A DNA stretch of 48,204 nucleotides, taken from positions 1 through 48,204 of the forward strand of contig CAZJXT010000001.1 of NCBI GenBank assembly GCA_964550225.1, read 5' to 3'. Shown in pieces: positions 41,900 to 48,204 of the stretch. The stretch comes from an uncultured Candidatus Saccharibacteria bacterium. Its GTDB lineage: Bacteria > Patescibacteriota > Minisyncoccia > Phycocordibacterales > UBA1006. Position 1 is the stretch's first letter. Every line of letters begins with the position of its first letter. The translations under genes and the position numbers were made by a program. Below the pieces are notes generated by a model. It searched no databases and was not told where the DNA came from. It saw nothing but the letters and a program-made list of their open reading frames with translations.

Positions 41900-44467
41900 C
41901 TATTCTCCCATAATCACCGTATCTAAAACCCCCTTATTATACACCTGATCAGTTACAATAATTTTTAAACTATTTGGTCCTGAGGTCATAGATGTATCAC
42001 TTGGAATAAATGAAAAAGTGTTTGTCGTACTTGTTCCAATAAATTGATCGTTGAGATAGTAATCAATTTTTTTCAATGGTGATTTAAGGGTTAGGTTTAA
42101 ATTAAGATTCACAGGATTTTGTAGTGATAATGATTCAGTATTGGTCGGAGTAGTTAATTCCACAATAGGAAGATTTTCTAGTATATGGACATTATCAAAA
42201 CTCGTTGGTCTTGCTGGTGGATAGGGAATAATTCCCGGATGAGTAGTAATCCAATTTTGAACTGACGTTTCCCAGTTTACATACTGTGCATTTTTACCTG
42301 GACTCAAAGGTTTTGCACCCTTAGGATCACTCGGATCAATCCAATATAAAATCGAATGCACATTAGGAATCGTATATTCTTTCTTGGTTTCATTAGGTGT
42401 CAAATCAGTTGCAAGTTTTCCAGAAACAGTATCAACAATAAATGACTCACCTCCAGCCCATCCGCCACGCAATACCGGTGCACCGGTATAATAGTTTGGA
42501 TCAGGGTCGGGTGCAGGAAACGATTCGGAAGGTAGTTTTGCAAGTGCCTTGTCCATGAATGCTCGCCATGCAGGCCCAGAAATTGCAGAACCTTTTTTCA
42601 TAGGAGTGTTGTCGTTATTTCCTGACCATACCCCAACGGCAATTGATGGAGTATATCCAAATACCCAAGCGTCTTTGTTACTGTTCGTCGTTCCGGTTTT
42701 TCCAGCAACAGGACGATTTCCAAAATAGAAAAATGAATTAGGTCCAAACAGTGGAGTACGCGCAGAATTATCAGAAAGAACACTTGATAATTTACGTACC
42801 GCATTATAATTCATCACAGTTTCAGGTGCTGCAGTATATTGTTCAAGAATTGCTCCTGAATTATCAGTTACTTGTAATATTCCAACAGGTGGATTACGAA
42901 CCCCGTCATTTGCAAAGACGCTATAGACCGATGTCATATCAAGGAGTGAGACTTCACCACCTCCTAATACTAGGGTTAATCCATAACGGTCTGCATTACG
43001 ATCAAGAGTAGTAAGACCGAGACGTTTCCCTGTTTGTAACGCATCAGCAATTCCTGTAAGCCATAATAATTTTACTGCAGGAATGTTTCGTGATTGCGCA
43101 AGTGCGTTTCGCAACGAAATAGGACCAAGGAATTTTCCGTCATAGTTACTTGGTGCATAGCATGGCAAGATGTCTTTAGTAGATCCAGCAGGACATTGTG
43201 ATCCTGTTCCGAATTGGGTAGGTGTATCGAATAACACTGTTTCAGGCTCAAATCCTTTTTCAAAAGCTCGTGCGTACACAATAGGTTTAAATGATGATCC
43301 GGGTTGTCGCCCCGCAGTTGCAATATTAAACATCCCATCAATAGTAGTATCAGAATAATCACGTGAACCAACCATGGATAAAATCTGTCCAGTTTTAGGA
43401 TCAATTGCGACCAAGGCACTGTTGGTTGCGCCGTAATCTTTTTCGTTTTTCAAAGAGTTTTCTTTAATGACTTGTTCTGCAGTTTGTTGCAGCTCCCAAT
43501 CAAGAGTGGTGATTACTTTTAATCCACCAGAGAGTACCTTTTCCTCGCCGTATTTTTGTTCCAAGTATTGTCGAACATATTCAATAAAATGAAGCGCTTT
43601 TCCATGGGTGTCTTCTCGAGGCTTGAACACCACTTCTTCTGATTTTGCATTCGTATATTCAGTGTCGGTGATATATCCTTGTTCCAACATATTTTTCAAC
43701 ACAAGATTTTTACGCGCGTTCAAATTTGGACGATTTTTTCCATAGGGAGAATAATATGATGGAGCATTAGGAATCGCGGCAAGATATGCCGATTGCGCAA
43801 GATCTAATTCAGACGCCTTTTTTCCAAAGAATGTTTGTGCTGCCTCCTCAATTCCATAAATTTGTCCTCCATAGGGAGCTTCGTTTAAATACGATGTCAG
43901 GATTTGATCCTTGGTCATAATCCGTTCCAATTTTATCGCCAATACCCACTCTTTAATTTTTCGAGAAATACTGCGCTCTTGGGTGAGGAGAGTGTTTTTT
44001 ACAAGTTGTTGCGTAATCGTTGAGCCTCCTTGAGTGTTGGTACTAAATCCAGGGATAATGTTTGATAGTACGGCGCGCACAATGGCTTTAGGTTCGATAC
44101 CGTGATGATTGTAAAAATTTTTATCCTCGGTTGCGATGAGGGCATCTTTTACATCTTGAGTAATCATGTCGCCGGTAACCACAGTGCGTTTTACGTTTTC
44201 ATGAACATCGTACAAAACAATTTGTCCGGTTTTGTCATAAATTTTTGTAGAACTTGAAACTTTACGATCGACAAAAGAGTCGAGCGTAGGAACCTTGAGT
44301 GTTGCCATCCAGATGATGAAAATCGCAAGAAGAAATGTTCCGAGGGTGAGACTGATCCACCCAATAAGGGTTGCATGATGACGAACCCATTCCCATGTGG
44401 TTTTCGTGTGATGTTTTACTGTTTTAGAGTGTTTATGAAATAAATGTTTATGTTTTTCAAGTTTCAT
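41900..44467 (-). CDS. Class A penicillin-binding protein (glycosyltransferase GT51 + transpeptidase) with a C-terminal extension
   Basis: EDKNFYNHHGIEP, GGSTITQQLVKN, RKIKEWVLAIKLE. Transpeptidase motifs SSFKP, SRN, KTGTT. N-terminal TM anchor. Confidence 0.93.
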   Translation of the reverse strand: MKLEKHKHLFHKHSKTVKHHTKTTWEWVRHHATLIGWISLTLGTFLLAIFIIWMATLKVPTLDSFVDRKVSSSTKIYDKTGQIVLYDVHENVKRTVVTGDMITQDVKDALIATEDKNFYNHHGIEPKAIVRAVLSNIIPGFSTNTQGGSTITQQLVKNTLLTQERSISRKIKEWVLAIKLERIMTKDQILTSYLNEAPYGGQIYGIEEAAQTFFGKKASELDLAQSAYLAAIPNAPSYYSPYGKNRPNLNARKNLVLKNMLEQGYITDTEYTNAKSEEVVFKPREDTHGKALHFIEYVRQYLEQKYGEEKVLSGGLKVITTLDWELQQTAEQVIKENSLKNEKDYGATNSALVAIDPKTGQILSMVGSRDYSDTTIDGMFNIATAGRQPGSSFKPIVYARAFEKGFEPETVLFDTPTQFGTGSQCPAGSTKDILPCYAPSNYDGKFLGPISLRNALAQSRNIPAVKLLWLTGIADALQTGKRLGLTTLDRNADRYGLTLVLGGGEVSLLDMTSVYSVFANDGVRNPPVGILQVTDNSGAILEQYTAAPETVMNYNAVRKLSSVLSDNSARTPLFGPNSFFYFGNRPVAGKTGTTNSNKDAWVFGYTPSIAVGVWSGNNDNTPMKKGSAISGPAWRAFMDKALAKLPSESFPAPDPDPNYYTGAPVLRGGWAGGESFIVDTVSGKLATDLTPNETKKEYTIPNVHSILYWIDPSDPKGAKPLSPGKNAQYVNWETSVQNWITTHPGIIPYPPARPTSFDNVHILENLPIVELTTPTNTESLSLQNPVNLNLNLTLKSPLKKIDYYLNDQFIGTSTTNTFSFIPSDTSMTSGPNSLKIIVTDQVYNKGVLDTVIMGE

Positions 44468-44473
44468 AGAACT

Positions 44474-44481
44474 ACTCTACA
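44474..44481 (-). promoter_or_regulatory. -10-like TGTAGAGT, 6 nt upstream of the PBP ATG
   Basis: Minus strand reads cttGTAGAGTagttctATG. Confidence 0.45.
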
Positions 44482-44609
44482 AGAAAATCGGGTTTTGTGC
44501 TAGAGTAAGTTTATTAACAAGAGATAAATATATTTTATACCCATGAGAAATAACGTAGCTTAAATTAATAGTATTTTAATTAAGAAGGGCAAAGCCCATG
44601 TTATTTTTT

Positions 44610-46073
44610 ATGAAAAAAGAATTAATAAATATTCATAATGGATCAATAGGAAATCATGACCCATTAATTGAAAAAATAAACCTCGGAATTTTAGAAGGAG
44701 ATCGTATTGGGGTCATAGGAACGAACGGTTCTGGTAAGACGACATTTTTAAAAAGTGTTGCACATGAAATAGATTTTTTAGAAGGGAATCTTCATACAAA
44801 AGGAAAAATTGTCTATGTTTCACAATTAAAAACAAATAGCGAGGCAATTCTTTCTGGGGGAGAGCAATCGAAAAAAATCATTCAAGAGGCTCTTGATCAA
44901 AATCCTGATATCTTACTTCTTGATGAGCCAACAAACCATTTAGATATTCATGCCAAGAAAAAATTGATTGCAGACCTGAACAACTTTAATGGGGTTATTG
45001 TTTGCGTGAGTCATGATACGTGGTTTTTAAATCAAATCACAAATAGGTTATTGATTGTAGAAAGTGGTCACATGAGATCATTTACAGGTTCTTATGAAGA
45101 ATATCAAAATGAGGTTTTGAAAAATAAAGAAGCACAATCACGAAGACGTAAGGTTGCTTTGAAAGAAAAAAGAAAACTTGAAAATGATATACAGCACCAA
45201 CAGCAAAGAAAATCTCAATCAGAAAAATCTGCACATCGTGCAAAGTTTGATCGTAGTGAATCACGAATGGCAATTGCAAATAAAAAAACAAAAATAGAAA
45301 AAGTTTCTGCGAAAAATAAAAAAATGTTTGATGAGAAAAAAGAACAAATAGATAAATCTCTCGCGACACTAGAAGATAAAAAAAGAAAAAAAGTATCAGG
45401 GAGTATTCTTGCGCCGCACAACAAAGGAATTATTTTACGAATAGATAATGCAGATCTCGTTGTTGCAAAAAAAATATTTTCACAAGAAATAAATTTTACA
45501 ATAGAAGCAGGTAAACGAATTGCAATTATTGGAAACAACGGATCAGGAAAAAGTTCTTTAGTAAAAGCAATACTTGGTACAAAAGATTACTTATTGAATC
45601 CGCAACCAAAAATAAATAAACGCATGCGAATTGAATATTTGGATCAGCACTATGGATTAATTGATAAAGAAAAAAGTGTTTTAGAAAATGTGGCGCATTT
45701 TTCAAACACTGACCATGAGCGAGCATATCAGCACCTATCACATTTTTTATTTGATGATAGAGTCCTTGTTGATCAGAAGGCAAAAATACTAAGCGGAGGA
45801 ATGTTGGCGCGACTTGCTTTTGTAATGCTTACTATTATCCCGATTGATCTTTTAATATTAGATGAACCAACGAACAATCTTGACCAGGATACTATTACTG
45901 AGATTGTTGATATTATCAATCAATACGAAGGTGCATTGCTAGTGATATCGCACGACATAGGCTTCCTAGAGAGGATTAATATTACTCAGGTGGCAGTTAT
46001 GGCGAAATGGTTTAAAATGCATGACTTAAGCCAGGAAAAGACATTGGATGAAATAATAGAACAGAGCTTATAA
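44610..46073 (+). CDS. ABC-F family ATPase (two ABC domains, K/R-rich interdomain linker, no TM domain), Msr-like compact architecture
   Basis: GTNGSGKTTFLK / LSGGEQSKK / LLLDEPTNHLD, and GNNGSGKSSLVK / LSGGMLARLAF / LILDEPTNNLD. A ~100-aa basic linker lies between them. Confidence 0.88.
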   Translation: MKKELINIHNGSIGNHDPLIEKINLGILEGDRIGVIGTNGSGKTTFLKSVAHEIDFLEGNLHTKGKIVYVSQLKTNSEAILSGGEQSKKIIQEALDQNPDILLLDEPTNHLDIHAKKKLIADLNNFNGVIVCVSHDTWFLNQITNRLLIVESGHMRSFTGSYEEYQNEVLKNKEAQSRRRKVALKEKRKLENDIQHQQQRKSQSEKSAHRAKFDRSESRMAIANKKTKIEKVSAKNKKMFDEKKEQIDKSLATLEDKKRKKVSGSILAPHNKGIILRIDNADLVVAKKIFSQEINFTIEAGKRIAIIGNNGSGKSSLVKAILGTKDYLLNPQPKINKRMRIEYLDQHYGLIDKEKSVLENVAHFSNTDHERAYQHLSHFLFDDRVLVDQKAKILSGGMLARLAFVMLTIIPIDLLILDEPTNNLDQDTITEIVDIINQYEGALLVISHDIGFLERINITQVAVMAKWFKMHDLSQEKTLDEIIEQSL

Positions 46074-46104
46074 AAAAGACATTTTTGTGTTAAAGTAACA
46101 TCAT

Positions 46105-47325
46105 ATGACAGTAATCACCGATGAAAAATTAATAGACAATTTGTTGTCTCGTTCAGTAAAAGAGATTTTACCAAGTAAAGAGTTTCTCAAAAAAGAATTG
46201 CTTTCTGGAAAAAAACTCCGTATTTATATTGGAACCGATGCTACAGGATCATCACTTCATTTAGGTCACGCAACAAATTATATGTTGCTTGAAAAATTTC
46301 GAAAACTTGGACATGAAGTAATTTTTCTTATCGGTGATTTTACGTCACGCATTGGAGACCCAACTGATAAGTCAGCCGCACGCGTACCTCTTACGCGGGA
46401 ACAAGTTGTAGAGAATACTAAAACATGGCTTGAACAAGTTCGCCCTGTAATTAATTTTGATGACACAGAAAACCCTGTAAAAATTTTGTACAATCATGAA
46501 TGGCTTTCAAAACTTAATTTTGAACAAGTTATTGACATTGCATCACACTTTACGGTTCAGCAGATGCTGGAACGTGATATGTTTGAAAAAAGAATGACAG
46601 AAGGAAAGCCGATCCATCTTCACGAATTCTTCTATCCACTGATGCAAGGATATGATTCTGTAGTAATGGATGTTGATATTGAGGTGTGTGGTAATGATCA
46701 GAAGTTCAACGCACTAGCAGGACGACATCTCCAAAAAAGAATTAACGACAAGGAAAAAATTGTATTCATTACACCACTTCTCGAAAATCCAAAAACAGGA
46801 GAGAAGATGATGTCGAAATCATTAAACACAGGAGTATTTCTTGATTGGGATGCAGATAAAATGTTTGGAGGAATTATGGCACAGCCTGACGAAAACATTC
46901 ACCAACTATTTGTTGATTGTACCTACGTACCCGATGAAGAAATCCTTGAAATGAATATTGCGATGCAAAACGGAGAAAATCCGATGCAGTACAAAAAACG
47001 TTTAGCTCGAGAAATTATTTCAATCTACCACAACGATGTTGAGGCAGAAACAGCTCAAGCGAATTGGGAAAAAACATTTTCAGATGGAGGAGTCCCTGAA
47101 ACAATTCCAGAGGTTACAGCTATAGTGAATGCATTATTAATGGATGTGTTAAATGATGCGGGTTCTGTTGAGTCAAAATCAGATTTTCGAAGATTGGTAA
47201 AAGAAGGAGGTATTAAAATTATGACGCAGCAAGGTGAAGAAAAAATTACTGATGAAAAAATAATGATCACAGAAACTATTATTGTAAAAATTGGAAAGAA
47301 AAAGTTTATAAAGATTGTTGTGTAA
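46105..47325 (+). CDS. tyrS: Tyrosine--tRNA ligase
   Basis: YIGTDATGSSLHLGHA (HIGH region), EKMMSKS (KMSKS-like), and a C-terminal S4-like SDFRRLVKEGGIKI. Confidence 0.9.
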   Translation: MTVITDEKLIDNLLSRSVKEILPSKEFLKKELLSGKKLRIYIGTDATGSSLHLGHATNYMLLEKFRKLGHEVIFLIGDFTSRIGDPTDKSAARVPLTREQVVENTKTWLEQVRPVINFDDTENPVKILYNHEWLSKLNFEQVIDIASHFTVQQMLERDMFEKRMTEGKPIHLHEFFYPLMQGYDSVVMDVDIEVCGNDQKFNALAGRHLQKRINDKEKIVFITPLLENPKTGEKMMSKSLNTGVFLDWDADKMFGGIMAQPDENIHQLFVDCTYVPDEEILEMNIAMQNGENPMQYKKRLAREIISIYHNDVEAETAQANWEKTFSDGGVPETIPEVTAIVNALLMDVLNDAGSVESKSDFRRLVKEGGIKIMTQQGEEKITDEKIMITETIIVKIGKKKFIKIVV

Positions 47326-47329
47326 ATAT

Positions 47330-47353
47330 AAAAACCGCTCGTCAGCGGTTTTT
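47330..47353. terminator. Bidirectional intrinsic terminator
   Basis: aaaaaccgct-cgtc-agcggttttt. Confidence 0.8.
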
Positions 47354-47356
47354 ATA

Positions 47357-47539
47357 TTAAAAATCTTCTTCTTCTGATCCGAATCCTACATTACTGAAAA
47401 TATCATCATCTTCAGCAAGTCCTAGAAAATCAGGATCTTCAAAATCTTCATCGTCGAGTAATAATTCGTCATCATGAAGACCTTTCTTTTTTGGATCTAA
47501 AATATCTGCTCCTCCAAAATCCACATCGTCATTATACAT
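47357..47539 (-). CDS. Highly acidic 60-aa protein of unknown function
   Basis: About 45% D/E, ending ...GFGSEEEDF. Terminator downstream. -10 TATACT lies 12 nt upstream. Confidence 0.45.
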   Translation of the reverse strand: MYNDDVDFGGADILDPKKKGLHDDELLLDDEDFEDPDFLGLAEDDDIFSNVGFGSEEEDF

Positions 47540-47633
47540 AGTGTAAAATTTAGTATATTAATCAACAATTGTTCTTATAACGACATATTTGTAACAAAAT
47601 ATAAGATTCTATGCAAGTCACATGTTTCTTTTT

Positions 47634-48128
47634 TTAAGAAATCTGTGGATAAGTATTTTTCGTATGCGCAATATGGGTCAGTCCGACAGCTATTGCATCA
47701 ATTTCATCATCTATTTTTTCACGAGTATCGAACGCGACAAGTTTCGGAATCATAAATGCAATACTGGTTTTATCTGCACGACCATCACCTGTAATTGCAA
47801 TTTTGATTTGATTTGGATGATATTCAAAAATATCGAGTCCACATTCTTTACATATATACTGTATAACTCCACGAGCTTCGGCAACTATCATAGCAGTCTT
47901 GGTATTTTTTGCGAAATAGAGCTCTTCTATTGCAACCGCATCTGGTTGATATTTTTTTATCACATGAGAAAGTGCTTGACCTATTTCAAAAAGCCGATCC
48001 TGCATTTTAGATTTTGAACTGGTTTTGATGCAGTCAGAAAAAATCACAACCTCCTTGCCCTGTGATGGTTTTTCAATTATAGCAACCCCGAGGCGTTCAT
48101 AACCTGGATCTATGCCGAGTATTTTCAT
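47634..48128 (-). CDS. ruvC: Crossover junction endodeoxyribonuclease RuvC
   Basis: MKILGIDPGYERLGVAIIE..., AVAIEELYFAKN, ARGV, DAIAVGLTH. Confidence 0.9.
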   Translation of the reverse strand: MKILGIDPGYERLGVAIIEKPSQGKEVVIFSDCIKTSSKSKMQDRLFEIGQALSHVIKKYQPDAVAIEELYFAKNTKTAMIVAEARGVIQYICKECGLDIFEYHPNQIKIAITGDGRADKTSIAFMIPKLVAFDTREKIDDEIDAIAVGLTHIAHTKNTYPQIS

Positions 48129-48204
48129 ATCAATATATTTTGTCTATTCTCTGGGAAGTCAAAACCTAAATGCTCATACGCTTTTTTGGTTGCAATACGC
48201 CCAC
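48125..48204 (-). CDS. 3' end of an unidentified upstream gene (partial); its stop overlaps the ruvC start (ATGA)
   Basis: The frame reads ...GRIATKKAYEHLGFDFPENRQNILI*. It is too short to assign. Confidence 0.3.
   Translation of the reverse strand, partial: GRIATKKAYEHLGFDFPENRQNILI

Noticed and set aside
47643-47651. A perfect DnaA box (TGTGGATAA = TTATCCACA reverse complement) inside ruvC.
   Set aside because: It is a single isolated 9-mer within a CDS, with no clustering and no AT-rich tract. It is most likely chance or a weak titration site, not an origin.
1-48204. Alternative genetic code (UGA=Gly, code 25, as in some CPR lineages), and the presence of CRISPR arrays, tRNA/rRNA genes or IS elements.
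   Set aside because: Conserved genes are intact under the standard code and some end in TGA (e.g. pcrA at 14881-14883). I saw no spaced direct-repeat arrays, no cloverleaf/T-loop candidates in intergenic regions, and no transposase. The only integrase-like gene is a chromosomal Xer-type recombinase without flanking repeats that I could detect.

Overview
AT-rich bacterial chromosomal segment read with the standard code (TGA is used as a stop, e.g. pcrA; no sign of UGA recoding). It spans the replication origin: rpmH-rnpA-yidD-yidC on the minus strand, then dnaA, oriC, dnaN and a DUF721/DciA-like gene on the plus strand, with perfect TTATCCACA boxes on both sides of dnaA. The compact genes, absent Shine-Dalgarno sequences and a PrgI/VirB4/VirB6 locus suggest a Patescibacteria (CPR)-like or similar reduced-genome organism; this is inference only. 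Housekeeping genes include rpsO, comM, pcrA/uvrD, rsmA, class A PBP, ABC-F, tyrS, ruvC, an Xer recombinase and a LysM-M23 peptidase. Four accessory items stand out. (1) A ~14.4 kb, 10-gene, single-strand type IV secretion-like locus (17990-32329) has VirB6/TrbL-like, PrgI(VirB3)-like, VirB4 ATPase, a pilin-like/SLT fusion and large secreted proteins, but no coupling protein or relaxase in the window. (2) A textbook type III hammerhead ribozyme (minus strand, 5850->5800) lies inside an operon encoding two small membrane peptides, a short RlmN/Cfr-family radical SAM enzyme and a SAM methyltransferase. (3) A three-gene cassette (39671-41857) combines a methyltransferase, a thymidylate-synthase homologue with Asp at the Asn177-equivalent position (frameshifted in a G7 run) and a LOG-like Rossmann protein. 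It resembles 5-hydroxymethyl-cytosine/bacimethrin-type pathways. (4) Extended -10 elements sit 6-11 nt upstream of many start codons, implying largely leaderless, SD-independent expression. No rRNA, tRNA, CRISPR array or transposase was recognised.
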